From Thalia democratica (lineage: Eukaryota), in assembly GCA_965202585.1 (NCBI GenBank), contig OZ241833.1, positions 43,958,001-44,022,000 on the forward strand: a DNA stretch of 64,000 bases, read 5' to 3'. The translations under genes were made by a program, and so were the position numbers. The notes under the pieces were generated by a model, which ran no database searches, was not told where the DNA came from, and worked only from the letters and a program-made list of their open reading frames with translations. Positions 23,986 to 37,678 of the stretch are shown here, piece by piece (the first letter of the stretch is position 1; each line of letters opens with the position of its first letter).

Positions 23986-25718
23986 CACACATATACAACA
24001 AATAAATCAAAAAATTGAGCTCATTTAATTAAAACTTGCTCGTACCTATTTCGGCCATCATCAACAAAGTTAAGATGTTTGTGCCGTCGTCATCGGTATT
24101 AGGTTGACTCGGACATGGTTGTTTTGATTTTGTCGTTTATCAATTAAAACTTGAAATAAACATGATTCAGTTTCAACCAATTAGAAGCTTACTATGCTGA
24201 TTGTGGAAAAAGTTACGTGGCACACCAGCCAACAACTTGTTAGAAACATTAAAAATTCTACACTTTTTGATGAGGCGAACAAATTTTAACCTTTTTTTTT
24301 GCTAAAACGACTACTTAGCTTGGACGTCTCAAAGATTTCGTACTATGGGACAAAAGAACGTAAAAATAAAACGAATAACTTCACTTTTAAATGCTTACAA
24401 ACAAAAGTGGTCTTGTCCAAACAGCTGTAAATAAACCGAACTGTGCATTGTTAGGTGTAATATTCAAATCATGCTCGTGTAGTATTGGATCTGATTTTAT
24501 CCGGAAAATTCTCTTATACTCAGTATGAACTCAAGAAAGTGTGTAATAAGTAATAAGATAATTAGAAGCCTCAGATAATTCATATATAAGATTAAAATCT
24601 TATTGCAAAAAAAACTTTAAATTGAAAATGGTTCAAAAATTTCAATTTTTCAGCCGGAAACTTGTCAATTGGTAAGAAAGCCACAGTCATTCTAGTTTAT
24701 TTAAATGAATACATATAAAGGTTTCCTACATAAGTTAGTCAATAAGACTTTGTGAGTTACGTTGCATGTAAATATTTCAAAAAATTATAATATGGTTGGT
24801 AATCAACAAACAGTGTTTAAATATGTAAATAATATAAGTACTTTTATCATTCAGAACATGCACTTTTACTTTATTTTATACGCTTTTATGTAGGAAATGT
24901 GTATGAATTTTATAAAGTCTAACATAATCTATTTAAGTAAAAAAAAAAATTTAATGTTTATGATCTAGTTTTTGAGCTGAACTAACAAAAGTTATTGTTG
25001 GTTAAATCTTTATTAGATTTATAGATCAAACAGATTACGAACTACGAAAATAAATTAATTTGAAAACTTTAACTGACTTTTAATCGCAAAGTATAATTTA
25101 TAAGCTCAAATTATTTTAAAATAAATATTTTTTATGTTATGTGGTGTAAATATAACTGTGTTACAAACATTTTTGATTGAAATTAGTTTTAATTGCTTTT
25201 CAATTATCTTAATTACATCTTCATAACATATGAATTGTACTTTTATCATGATAAAAATGTAAATAGCTTAATAACTTATTTTATTCATAGGTTAATTTGT
25301 CACAAAACTTTGAATTTAGACAGTTTAAAAATTTTTCAAAATTTAATGTAACTTTAACATAACTATAACACTTTTATATAAACAATTTATTATTATTAAT
25401 ACTTATTAAACCTTATCCAACTCTTTTACTATCAATAAGTCCTGTAAGCTATTTCTAATCATTCAAAATACTCTTTTAACTCTCACAAGATATTTTAACA
25501 AAAAAACTTTAAAATTATAAAGCACGTTTTTAGTAAAATTAGGTAATATGTAAAGCTAATCTTTATTTGTTAATTCTTTGACAAATTATATTATAATTAT
25601 TAAAAAAGTTTATGCTACTTTTTACAAATTAAGAATATAGAATTTACTGTTTTAAAATAGCTGTTTAATGTTTAGGTTTAATTTAAAACAATTTCAGCTG
25701 TATACAAGTGTATTTGCA

Positions 25719-27590
25719 ATGATAAAACTTTCATTGAAACTTCATGTTAGTTCGAATAGGTTACTTATTGGATTTGTTGGAATGTCAGCCACGTTGGGTG
25801 TTCTTTATTACTTGACTCATCAAAATAAATCAACCAAATATTTAAAAAGTGACGACGAAATATCCACAGGACAAAGAGAAAAATCTGGCAGATTGAATGT
25901 AAATAAAGTAGGGTTAGTAAGTCAAAATATGAAAGTTGTTTCAAACATTTGTAAACTGCATGCTGAAAATGATCATCCCAAAACAAACTTTGCATGTGAA
26001 CGAATTAAGACTTTAGATAATAACTGGCAATCACCTAACACTGAAGTAACATTCACACAAAACAAGGACAAAATGGTCGATTTGGATGGATTTGATGCAA
26101 TATCACATGTTGAATATAATAACAATTGTCAAACTAATGATGATAAAACAAAAGTGAATAAATCTCTTGTGAATAAAAAACCAGACGAAACAAGTCAAAA
26201 AGAGCTCAATGAATCCAATGATGATCCTAACAGTTGTGGAGACAAAAATATTGTTGGAAGAAAAGAAGAAACTACATTGGTAGAACAATCAGTAGAAAAC
26301 GATATCGAAGAAGCTAATGATCCTAAAAAAGATACCAAAGACAATAAAAATGTTGATAAAGAAAATCATACCGTTCAAAATGAAAACTCAAACAATAATT
26401 TTTCTGTGAATAAAAAAACTGATAAATCAAGAGCAAAGGAGCAAAGTGAAGCTAATGATACTAATAAAAGTCGTGAACAACAAAATGTTTTTGGAACAAA
26501 AGAAGGACTTACATTGGCAGAATGTTCAATAAACTTTGAAGAGGTTCATACTTTAAATAACAGTCAACAACTGCTTGATGCCGAAGCAACAATTACACGA
26601 AACAAGGATGAAATGGTTAATTCAGATGATTTTGATCTAGGATCACAGGTTAAGAATAATGACAATAATAAAATTAACGATGATAAATCAGAAGTGAATA
26701 AATCTGCTGTGAATGAAAACCCAGACAAAACAGGTCCTAAAGAAGTCAATGGAACCAATGACCCTCATAATAATTGTGAAGACAAAAAGATTGTTGGAAG
26801 AAAAGAAGAATCCCTATTAGCAGAAGAATCAACTGTAAAAGATACAGGAGAAGCTACTGATCCTCAAAAAGATACCAGAAACAACAAAAGTGTTGATAAA
26901 GAAAATCAAGTTGTTCAAAATGAGGATTATAATAAAAAAGAAAGAGTCCTGTTTAATATTGAATATTGTTCATACAATTTAAAAAAAGTAATTCAGTATT
27001 TAATTGTCAATTTGCAGCAGTTTAAAAAATTACGTAGTTTGCTCAACGATCACAAGGGCAGCAAAGCAACGAGATTTAAAAGTTTTAAAAACATCAAAGT
27101 TTTCTGTCAGACTTATGGTGATGTTTACGACGAAATTCGAGAATGTGTAGAGCACTCTGATCTGCGATTTTTAGTAAACCAGATTTTCAGTTTGAAAACA
27201 AATCTGTGGAAAGAAGTAAAATCTGTAGAAGCATCAAGCAAAAACTCAAAAAGTAAAAACAATTATATAGTGACTGAAAATACTAAAAAGTTGGTTGATG
27301 GAATAATCGAATATTTAGAACAGTTTAAAATAGCAGTATGCTTCGCCGGTCAATGCTTATTTTTTTATAAAATGAAACATATTGACCAGGCAGTTAAAGT
27401 TAATGAACAACAAGATCTAAGGTCGACTTTTAGTAAATATAAGTACAACTTAAAATTTTCGCTTGAAAAGCTTGAGAATTCTAAAGCATTTAGTGAGGTT
27501 AATGATGTGCGAAACGACATATTAGATATAATTAAGTTGACTAAATATTCTTTTAAATGGTTTGAAGAAAATTTTGTTGGATATGCTTGA
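25719..27590 (+). CDS. Family copy 8, intact long (type B-like, diverged) member, 623 aa
   Basis: The ORF track starts at 25668, but the family-conserved MIKLS start is at 25719, preceded by the acceptor tttcag 21 nt upstream. Reading frame is uninterrupted. Confidence 0.88.
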   Translation: MIKLSLKLHVSSNRLLIGFVGMSATLGVLYYLTHQNKSTKYLKSDDEISTGQREKSGRLNVNKVGLVSQNMKVVSNICKLHAENDHPKTNFACERIKTLDNNWQSPNTEVTFTQNKDKMVDLDGFDAISHVEYNNNCQTNDDKTKVNKSLVNKKPDETSQKELNESNDDPNSCGDKNIVGRKEETTLVEQSVENDIEEANDPKKDTKDNKNVDKENHTVQNENSNNNFSVNKKTDKSRAKEQSEANDTNKSREQQNVFGTKEGLTLAECSINFEEVHTLNNSQQLLDAEATITRNKDEMVNSDDFDLGSQVKNNDNNKINDDKSEVNKSAVNENPDKTGPKEVNGTNDPHNNCEDKKIVGRKEESLLAEESTVKDTGEATDPQKDTRNNKSVDKENQVVQNEDYNKKERVLFNIEYCSYNLKKVIQYLIVNLQQFKKLRSLLNDHKGSKATRFKSFKNIKVFCQTYGDVYDEIRECVEHSDLRFLVNQIFSLKTNLWKEVKSVEASSKNSKSKNNYIVTENTKKLVDGIIEYLEQFKIAVCFAGQCLFFYKMKHIDQAVKVNEQQDLRSTFSKYKYNLKFSLEKLENSKAFSEVNDVRNDILDIIKLTKYSFKWFEENFVGYA

Positions 27591-29580
27591 AAGTACTTTT
27601 TTGAAATATTATTATGAGCTTTGAATCATGAATCTTTTAAAAACGATTATATTATTTATTTGTTATTTTTTTATATGTTTGTGTATAAATTGAATTTGTT
27701 GTAATTGTGTTTTTTATATTGAATTTACTATAACAAACTCTTCAATAATAAAAAGAATCTACTTGGTTTGACTTATAATATTTAAAAAAAGCTGGTTTAA
27801 AAAAGCATTATCATAATTATTTTTTAATTATTATCATAAACTATCTGTTACCACAAAGCTTTCTAATAATCTAACTAATTGTAAACAGAAGATTTAGCAT
27901 ACTAAAATTAACATGAAAGTTAAATTAATCAAATGTTTTTGTACAAGAATGTAGCAATTGGTAATTTGCAAAAATTGATAAGGATCTTACGAGCGTTAAT
28001 TCATAAAATTTATATAATAAAAGTTAGTATCTAACAACAAAATAATTAAAAGATCAGATAGTCAGCTTAGTTTAACTATAGCTATAAATTCAAAAATAAC
28101 AAAGAGCATCATATAAATTTTAAAGTTTCTTTTTTAAATGAAAAGATGTCTCTTGAAGCTTGACACCTCTTAGTTTAAACAAATATATTGAAAAGTTTCG
28201 ATACAATAGTTTCTGTATAATTTTTTTTGTCGTTTATAATCTTAAGCACAATTATAAAGCGTTAGTTAAAAATGTTCGCTATAAAAATAAATTTATTAAA
28301 ACATTTATTCAATAGCGATTAATTTGTTCAAAAAAGCATATTTACGGTAAATTTATAAAAAAAATTATCGTCAGCATTAAATGGGTAAAAGCTTATTTAA
28401 ACGACTTAATATAACTTAAATCAACTTCACAACATAATGCTTGTTAAATGTTTTTTAAATCAGTTTTAAAACGCTTTTTAGTCAAAAAGGTTGTGATTGA
28501 TAAAAATACCAGAGATCTATAAAAATTTATATTTTCAACATTTTTGCAAATAGTGTTAGGTTAAGCAACGAAAAGAGCTACTAAAGTTTTCATTTATTAT
28601 TTAAAATATAGCCACTTAAAAACCATGTTACTGTGCTAAATAAAAACCCACTATACATAGTTAGTGATACTTTACTCCATTTGTTATACTGTACATTTAT
28701 GGTTAGTTTTTTTAAATGTTTGCAGTTTTTGATATGGCTTAGTTTTACTTATAGATTATTTTTTCTTTAATGCTCGTACTCCTTAATGTAACATTTTTAT
28801 ATAAAAAAAACATTAAATTTTATGAACCGACGTTAGAGAATAAAATAAAATTAAAAATTTTTTAAATCAAAACACTAGCTGTGTATTTTTTTTCTAAAAA
28901 ATACATAAAAAAACTACGACTTCATTAAACATCAAAATAAAAGTTATAAAATTTAAAACAAACAATACTCACTTTATTTATCTATTAAGTTAAAATTTTA
29001 TAATATGTTATTATACTAAACAAACACATATTTTACTTAGTTATACTTTACTCTAACTCTTATACTTGAAATAAGATTATGGTTAATAAATTTAATAAAT
29101 TTATTTATGATATGGTTTAGTTTTTTTAATGGAATTAACTTAGATTGTTTATATTCTTCATTGTAAAATTTAATAAATTTCAATCAATGTTAGAAAATAA
29201 GATAAAATTTGTTACCATCAAAAAAAAACGAAGTACGTTTGTATTTACATCTATAAAAGAATGTACTACCAAATAGATTTTAGAAGTTCATTAGAAGTAA
29301 GAATAAAAGTTATAACGTTGAAAAAAATAAAAACTCACTTTGTTTTTATGTTTAAAATTTATTAGAAACTTAATAAGTTGCTAACTATCTAAATTATATA
29401 CCATACATTGAAACTTTAATGACAGTTTATATTCACGAAATCTTGTTTTATTAATATATGATATGTTTTAAAACAACCTATATTCATTCTTAATATTACT
29501 AAAATCATTTCTTTAAATCTAAAATAATTCTTATTTTATTCAATTTAAAACACTTATAGCTGTATACAAGTCTATTTGCA

Positions 29581-29832
29581 ATGATAAAACTTTCACTGAA
29601 ACTTGATGTTAGTTCGAGCAAATTGCTACTTGGATTTGTTGGAGTATCAGCTACAGCTGGTGCTCTTTACTACTTTTCTCATCAAAATAAATCAACCAAA
29701 TCTTTAAAGAGTGGCGACAAAATATCCACAAGAGTGAAAGAGAAATCTGATAGGTTGAATGAAAATCAATTAAAAACACTGTTAGCTGTATATAAGTTTA
29801 TTTGCAATGATAAAACTTTCATTGAAACTTGA
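29581..29832 (+). pseudogene. Family copy 9: 5' stub (anchor only) tandemly duplicated onto copy 10
   Basis: Homology ends ~29765 and is followed directly by acceptor plus a second ATG at 29807. Confidence 0.8.
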
Positions 29833-31136
29833 TGTTAGTTCGAGCAAATTGCTTCTTGTATTTGTTGGAATATCGGCAACTATTGGTGCTCTTTACTACT
29901 TATCTCATCAAAATAAAAAACAACCGAATGTTTAAAAAATGACGACAAAATATCCACAGGAGAAAATAAAAATTCTTGTAGATTGAATGAAAATAAAGCA
30001 GGGTTAGTAAGTCAAAATATGGAAATTGTTTCGAGTATTAGTAAATTGCATGCTAAATATGATCATCACAATACAAACTGTGTATGTGAAAGCAATAAGA
30101 CCTTGGATAATGATTCGAAACTAACACCTAACACTGAATCAACATTTACACAAAGAAGGACAAAATGGTCAGCTTGGATGATTCTGATGTAGGCTCACAT
30201 GTTGAATATAATAACAATAGTAAAACTAACGATGATAAACCAGAAGAGAATAAATCTTCTATGAATGAAAAATTAATTAAGCCCAGAATAAAAGAATGCA
30301 ATAAAACTAATGACCCTCATGATAGTCACGAAGACAAAAAGATTGCTGGAACAAAAGAAGAACCTACTTTAGCAAAGGGGTCAACTAAAAAAGATACAAG
30401 AGAAGCTACTGATCCTCGAAAAGATACCAGAAACAACAAAAGTGATGATAAACATAATGTGTTCTAAATGAAAATTCTAACAAAATAGAAAGCGAACAAG
30501 ACCCAGTTAATTTTAACTTATGTTTACATGGTTGAGAAATTCTTTGTCGTTATATAAATGTCAATCTGCAACAGTTCAAAAGCTTACGTAGTTTGCTCAA
30601 TGATAATAAAGGGAACAAAGCAAAAAGAAGGAAAATACTTTATAAACTATATTAAAATGTCAGGCTTTCGGCATAATTTACGACGAAATTCAAAAATGTT
30701 TATCGCACCCTGATCTGTGATTTTTAGTAAATAAGATATTCAATTTGAGAGCAATCTGTGAAAAGAAGTAAAATCTGTAGAAGCATCTAGCAATAACAAT
30801 TTTAAAGTGACTGAAAATACTAGAAAGTTGGTTGGTGGAATAGTTGAATATTTAGAACAGTTTAACATAGCATTAGGCTTCGCTATTCAGAGCTTATTAT
30901 TATTATTATTATATCAAGTGGTTCAAAATGACCAGTCTGATAAAGTAAACGAACAGCAAGATCTGAGCTCGACTTTTAGTAAATACAAAATGAGTTTGAA
31001 GTCAACGCTTGAAAAGCTTAATAAGTCTAAAGCATTTAGTGAGGTTAATGAAGTCCGAAATTACGTTTCAGATATAACTATGTTGACTAAATCTTATTTT
31101 ACATGGTATGAAGAAAATTTTGTTGGATATGCTTAA
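29807..31136 (+). pseudogene. Family copy 10: type B-derived pseudogene with a single linker module
   Basis: Fragments 29983-30192, 30165-30467 and 30807-31136 are in different frames. Nonsense codons at 30465-30467 and 30533-30535. Confidence 0.85.
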
Positions 31137-33966
31137 AAATACTATTTGAAATATTGTTATAAGTTTTATATTATGAATCTATTGAACACGATTATATTAT
31201 TTATTTGTTATTTTTGTAATATGTTTATGTATAAATTGATTTTCATGTATTTGTGTTTAGTTTTTGAAGTTTTTTTTACGTTGAATTTACTACAAAAAAC
31301 TCTTTGTTAATTATGAAAAATTTTTACTTGTTTTGGTAAAAATATATAACATAAACTAGTTGAGAACAGTTATTTTCGTGTTTATTCTTTAGTGTTATCA
31401 TTAGTTAACTGTTACCACAAAGTTATCTTGTTAGCTAAGTGATAACCAATAACATCATCATATAAAGAACTAAAGAGTTGTTAGCATATTTTTTGTATTG
31501 AAATTAACATTAATAGTACTTAAATGATTCAATATTTTTGTACAACAATTTAGCAATTGATAATTTGGAAAATCTAATAAAGGATTTAAATCATCCAATT
31601 CATAAAATTCATAAAATTCATATAATAAAAGTTAGAATTTAACAGGGAACCGCTAAGTTTTAACTCTCTCTTTCCAACTGGTCAGTTCCTAAACGATAAA
31701 TCCCTACCTGGATTAATCACTTGATCATTTTCCACTTAAGCAATTAAGTACCACTTTTACACAGCATCAATTGCACGGAGAGTTGTTTTCCGGTGTCACT
31801 TTTCCACAAATCATCACTTTTTTATGTCAGCACTTAGCACGAAGCCTTCTGTTTACATGACATCAATTTTTTACTGGTGCAACTTGTTCTTTTCTAAGAG
31901 TAAAGCCTAGAAAAGATGTTTTCTAACCTTTTGCTACTTGCGAATGATTTCTTTAAGAGTAAATGGTAATTTACTTAAACAAGCTGACAGGCTTTGTAGT
32001 ATAATTTCTTCATATTTAAAAAAAAAAACTTAGCATATTTAAATTTCAGAATGAAGTGAAGTAGATATTAATTTTTATACATATTATCTTATAAATTGTT
32101 TTTACTGTTTACTTAAATATATGTTCTAAATTTTTATAAGTTTTTTTCTCGATTTATTGTATCAAATGCTTTCTGTTAAGTTTTTGTTAATTAATTAAAG
32201 TTTTAGAAATAGTCATATCATTGCACAATTATTTATGTTTTTGTATAATATTTTTAGGTCGCACTAAACAATTTACACTTATTTGTTTTTTTAAGTTATT
32301 TGCAAATGCAACTTGTTTTTTCTAACCGAACAACATGCGTTTATTTTTGATTAATACTAATTTATGATTAATTTATATGCACTTGTTTGAGCACCTGTAA
32401 GGCATTATGACGTAACAACGTGAAAATAGCAATTAAAAATTTTTGAGCGCGAATAAGAAACAAGTGCTGTTATAATCAATAACTTTATAAGAAATATTTT
32501 GTTGTCTCTGGAATTTTTAAAGTCGCCTTTGTCGGCTATGCGTCAACTAATTTTAGTACAGTTATTCAAAAAAAAAATTTGAATAAGTTTAGCTAAACTG
32601 CAAGTTTAGTCCCTTAATTAAATCTCTATTTAATCCCTATTCGTAAAATTTAATCCGTTAGCATTGTAAGAAAACTAATTTAGGCTGGTTAGTTAATCAA
32701 AAATTAGTAGTTAGTACAAATTTTTGACAAAAAGTTTTTAATTTACTTAAATGTTATTGAAATAAATGTTTAAAAATAAATAGTAATGATTTATGAGAAT
32801 TTTGGTTAGAAAACAATCGGTGTATACGTTATTAAGACAAACTTCTGTATTTGAACTGTTATCTATTAATAAGCAGTTGCAATGTTGTGTTACTTCTCCT
32901 GTTTTAAAATGTTTCTGATAAATTAAAATTTTTATCTTTTTTAACTTTTAGTAATAAAAGATAGTTACTTAGAAAAGTAACCTAATGTCTACTGAGATTA
33001 ATGTGATTAAAAAAATATACTTCCTCTTATTTCGTCTCCTTCTTTGCAAAGTTTTCTGCAGAAGTTTGAAAGGCAATTAAAAGGAAATAAATAAGTATTG
33101 TAAAATCTGTACCCTTTCGTCTATCCACCTTACCCAAAAATATAAAAAAAAGGTGGAAAGAAATAGATTACTTAATTAGAGAATAAACAGAATTAAAACT
33201 TTAGCCAACTAGAGGCTTATTTTACTGATGCACAGCCCACCAACAACCAACTCCTTAGAATCATTAAATAAACCTAAACTTTTTGATAAGCTGAGTTACG
33301 CCATACAAATTTAATTTTTTTTTTTTGCTAAAACAACTGCATAGCCTCTGCGTCTTATGTTTTTTTTTTGTATAGAACAAAAAACGTTAAGGAAAAACGA
33401 AGATCTTTAATTAAAATGCGAAGCAAAACATAATAGAAATTGTTCATATTTTCTCAAAAAGCTTCTTAATGAACCAACTTGTGCAGCTTTAAGTTTATAT
33501 AAAGATGCAGTGTTAAGTGTAATATTTCCATCATACTCGTATGTGAATTAAAATACACTAATATATCGTAAAAAAAAAACAGTACCAATCTTTCTTCATC
33601 TACCTTCTTTTCTAGTATGTGTAAACATTTTTCATGTCAATAAAAACAAATATTTTGAACTATATGATACATTTATATCGTTTTTACATTTTAAAGCTAA
33701 GAAGGTAGTATACTATTGTTTGTATGTGTAATTTTGCTTTTTTTATTTTTTCATCTAAATTATATTTCTATAATCGAGCAATTCTTATTATTGTATAAAA
33801 ACTTTTTTCAAACATCGAGTAAAAATATACAACAGCTTAATTATTAATAATTAAATTAAATTAAAAAATTCTTTAGTAACAAGAAGATATTTGATTGCAG
33901 TAAAAATAAATTATAATGTAGCATTAACTTCAACGGATATTATAGAAAAAAAGGATATAAATTCTA

Positions 33967-34290
33967 ATGATAATAAATTCCAAAAGATTAAGAAAAATTA
34001 TACGTTTTAACCCTCCGATTTGCAATTCTGTAAAAACCAATATAGGAAAGAGATTTTTGGACCTTGTCGGTCTACATTTTCCCAAAAACAACAAATTTCA
34101 CAAGAATTTCAACAGCCATACAATCAAAATCTCGTACATCTGCTTGCCTAACATGAAAAATATCATCAACTAACATAATAAGAAAAATTTTAGAGGTTGC
34201 AAACAGAACGAACAGAAAATGCAATCACAGAAACAAGATGAAATTTCCTTTTAATAGTGAAAGCCTTTTAAAAGATGTATAGTATAATCC
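33967..34290 (+). mobile_element. Degenerate Penelope-like retroelement fragment (RT-to-GIY-YIG linker)
   Basis: RKIIRFNPPICNSVKTNIGKRFLDLVGLHFPKNNKFHKNFNSHTIKISYICLPNMKNII matches the remembered PLE motif WFNPP...TNIG..FL.L...HFP.....KIFN..T.KVSYSC.PNM. A decayed C-N-C-R..CP.. motif follows. Confidence 0.75.
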
Positions 34291-34544
34291 AAAATTCTAC
34301 AAAAAATTTTTGGTAAGCTAATATTTTGGCTAGCTTGCAGGCATCGTTTACAAGAGCTGCTACTAGAAAAAATTTTCAATTTCTTGAACCGTAGAAAAAA
34401 CAACAACACCCGAGATAGAAGTCTACAAAATAAAATTAAAAAGTTTGCTAAATATTATGCAGCACTTTGATGGAAGCTATGTTTTTAATTTAGAGTTTAC
34501 TTCTAAAATTCGTCAAAAATAACAAAGTTTTTGATTGCCTTGTC

Positions 34545-35390
34545 TGCGGGTGATTATAAAAATATTCTCAAACTAGCCAAATTTTACATCGAACTTTAGC
34601 CCTCGCAAGGTTTCACTCTTCAACGTCCTGGAGCTGTTTCTAAAGCTAGATGGATGTACAAAGTCATTTACGCTCTTAAATTAGTTTTGATTTTACAATA
34701 GAACTCACTAAAAACAATTTTAGACACCGCATTTTTAAAACAACTGAAACTTTTTTTTTTTTGAATTTTACTTTCTCTATTAGATCAGTTATACTGTAGC
34801 TTCTACAACTCCTGACAATTACTCGGACCTATAAACCAAACAAAACTACAAAAGTACTGATAAGTTTTGTGCAACCTCTGCGTTAAGTACTATGATAAAC
34901 CATCTCTGGTGTCTTGTTAGAGAAATTGTTCCTTTAAGCTTGTTTGATGATTGTACCACTAAATCAGTCAAAGCTAAGGTTGCTGATCTTTAAATCATCT
35001 AATAAATCAGTAAAGCGCCTAAACATTTAGAAAAAACAATAATTTATAATAATCGTCATATTTAATCTAATGAAAAGTAAGATTTAATAGAAATTATTGA
35101 AAATAATTACATGCTCTTTTTTTATCTTAGACTGCAGTCATTCATTTCATATTAAACCGACAGAACAATGGACTAGCGACAAAGACTACTTAGAGGCAAG
35201 AGAAATACTTAATTACATGAAAGTAGTCAATGATGCCGTCGAAAGAGGTGTAAAATTGTCCAACGATTTTGTAATTTCGTCGAGAAATGAAGTCACGTAT
35301 CAAAATAGTTTATAATTTATCAAGGAGGATAGGAAGCAACTACCAAACCTTGGACTTATAAATAGTTCAAGAAAGAAGATATTGTAATTC
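34545..35390 (+). mobile_element. Degenerate DNA transposase remnant (hAT superfamily, hATm-like)
   Basis: Translates to GDYKNILKLA...RPGAVSKARWMYKVIYALK (PGA at 34627) and MKVVNDAVERGVKL (in 35097-35315). Both motifs are typical of this transposase group. Stops and frameshifts are present. Confidence 0.7.
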
Positions 35391-36995
35391 GTTTACTTTC
35401 GAGTTTAATAAAATACTTCAATTCCCAACGAATATTTGTGGTTATTGTTTTTTGTTAAGCGTTAATGATCTGAATAAACGCTTTAGATTTTTTTAGAAAT
35501 AAGTAGTAGAAGTTATTTGCTAACAAAACTTTTAAAAAAGTAAAAAAAAATAAAAATAAAATCGACCTTTTCCAAATATACCGATTTGATGCAGAGTTTT
35601 CAAAATTAATTAGCTCCAACATGCTTAAAGCTAGGAAACTTTTATTTTCTTTTTTCTATTTATGTGAATTTCCTACAACCTACAAAAATAGATTGAGCAA
35701 ATTTCTAATTTTTTGTTTTTGATTGGCAACAGATGCACCATAAAGTATACAAAGCCACAGCCACATATAAGGGATACATTTGTTAAAGGGAAGTTTCTTT
35801 CAAATCAAGATGGCAACAAAACAAGTACAGCTTCCTCAAGAAATTACAAACAACAGTCCCGGCTAAAGTCACTATATCAAAATATATTGAATTCTCAAAA
35901 GTTAAGTTGCAAATGCTATTTAAAATCAAACTGCTCAGTACCCAGAATGGCAGACAAATTTTCTATACGATATCTAGAAAGAATTGCTACTGTAGAAGCG
36001 GACAGAGATAAAGCGATTTATGTAAGAAAAGAACTAACTTCCGTGTGCCCTTGTTTTATATCTAGTTATTTATATTTCTTATTTATTTTTTGTCATTTTG
36101 TAAAGCTATTATTATTTATGTTATCCTAACTTTTTTTTAATCATTAATGTGAGTTTTTTTTGAAGTGTTTTTTGATTTTGACGAGTGTTTTTGCTTACTT
36201 TTCATTTTAGAATTAATCAATGTTTTTTATAATTACTTAGATACATAATTACAATGAGGAATAAATTACAAATTAATTAATTTCACGTTACTTGATCTTA
36301 CGACAATATTTGAGTTATTTTATTGTTACCTATAAAACTCTGAGGATACTTTTAGGAGAAAAAGTGTCAGCTAAAGTAACAATTGTCGAATAAAGTTATA
36401 ATAAAGTTAAAGTACATTTTTTTGCACATAAAAGCTCTGATTGTAAATTTTACTACTGATCAAAGCTAGTAAAGTTTAAATCTATAGATTAACTTTTTGT
36501 GTACTTTTCTTATACTAAAATGCAAAAAGTTTTAACTTAAATGTTGCTTTTTAAGTACCTAAAAGGTTTTAAGTTAAAACACTTTTACCTTACTTAGTTT
36601 ATTTGTAACTTGACATTTAGATATCTTTTTACAGAATAATTAAAAAATCTTAACTTATAAAAGCTTGTTTGAGTATAAAGCTTTGCAACGAAAATGACCA
36701 CTGGATTGGTTTAATTTTAAGCATTAATATAAAACGTAAGCTGACAACTACAAGTACATAAAAACCTACTATAAAAATATATTCAAAATAATAATAGACT
36801 TTTTCAAAAGTATTAAAAATATTTAATTTTAATTAGTTTGGAAGATATTTTGTCACTATGTTTTAAGAAGGAATACATATTTTCTAGAATATTACCAAAC
36901 ATAACATTTAAAAAGAAAAAACACATGATGTAGCTTTTTACAAATGTTTGAAAACTAAATATATATATATATACATATTAAACATGTGTTTAGCG

Positions 36996-37235
36996 CTGAG
37001 TTTTCCAAAGTGGGCCGTGACAGATACTCAGGGGCAACGAGCAGCAAAGGGGTAAGAGCGGGGCCATGAGTCATAAGTTGAAACTTACACTAGATATTCT
37101 TGAGTCGCAGATGAAGAGAAAAAAAAGGTTTTTGGTGTTTTTTATCGTAGTTTATAAGTAATCTTGTTAAAGGGGGCCATGACTTTTTCAATTTCTTTAA
37201 AGGGGGCTATTTGCAAAAAAATTTTGGAAACCCTG
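36996..37235. mobile_element. hAT-type MITE, 240 bp, with 8-bp target-site duplication
   Basis: Right end ttttggaaaccctg, left end degenerate ctgagttttccaaag. Flanks gtttagcg (36988-36995) and gtttagtg (37236-37243) match at 7/8. Confidence 0.7.
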
Positions 37236-37678
37236 GTTTAGTGGTACTATTACAAAATCGCTTATTTATAACCAATAGTTTACAATTATGTTAATAAAAA
37301 TTTGTCAACTAACTTAAACAATACTAGTTTTAAATTTTCCTCCCTAAAGAGTTAGTCTTTAAAAAATTTCTGTGCAAGTGCCAGTCATAAGTTTATTTAA
37401 CTCTAAATATGTAAGTAATTAAAATGAAAATAAATTAAACTAACTTATATAAGTTCATACTTGAAATACTTTTCATCCACACAATAATATGCTTTATAAA
37501 CAATAAGACTAAAAATTTTACACCACTAAAACTTAAACTAGTTATAAATACAACTTAGATACAATCACTTGACATATAAAATTTTAGTATATCAAAATTA
37601 ATGTATATCACTAAATTATGTAGTTTTGTGATTTTTATTCAATTCAAATTATTTTAGCTATTTACAAGTCTACTTGCA

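Larger units (their letters stand above)
30200..37678 (+). repeat. Segmental duplication unit 2; second copy ~38560-45473
   Basis: Collinear markers are offset ~8.3-8.4 kb: gene 3' ends 31136/39567, Penelope fragment 33967/42310, transposase fragment 35097/43446. Confidence 0.88.

Noticed and set aside
35713-36129. 138-aa ORF, possibly an exon of another gene
   Set aside because: The sister copy at ~44060-44360 has an in-frame stop and no family motif is recognisable. May be an unclassified TE or exon relic.
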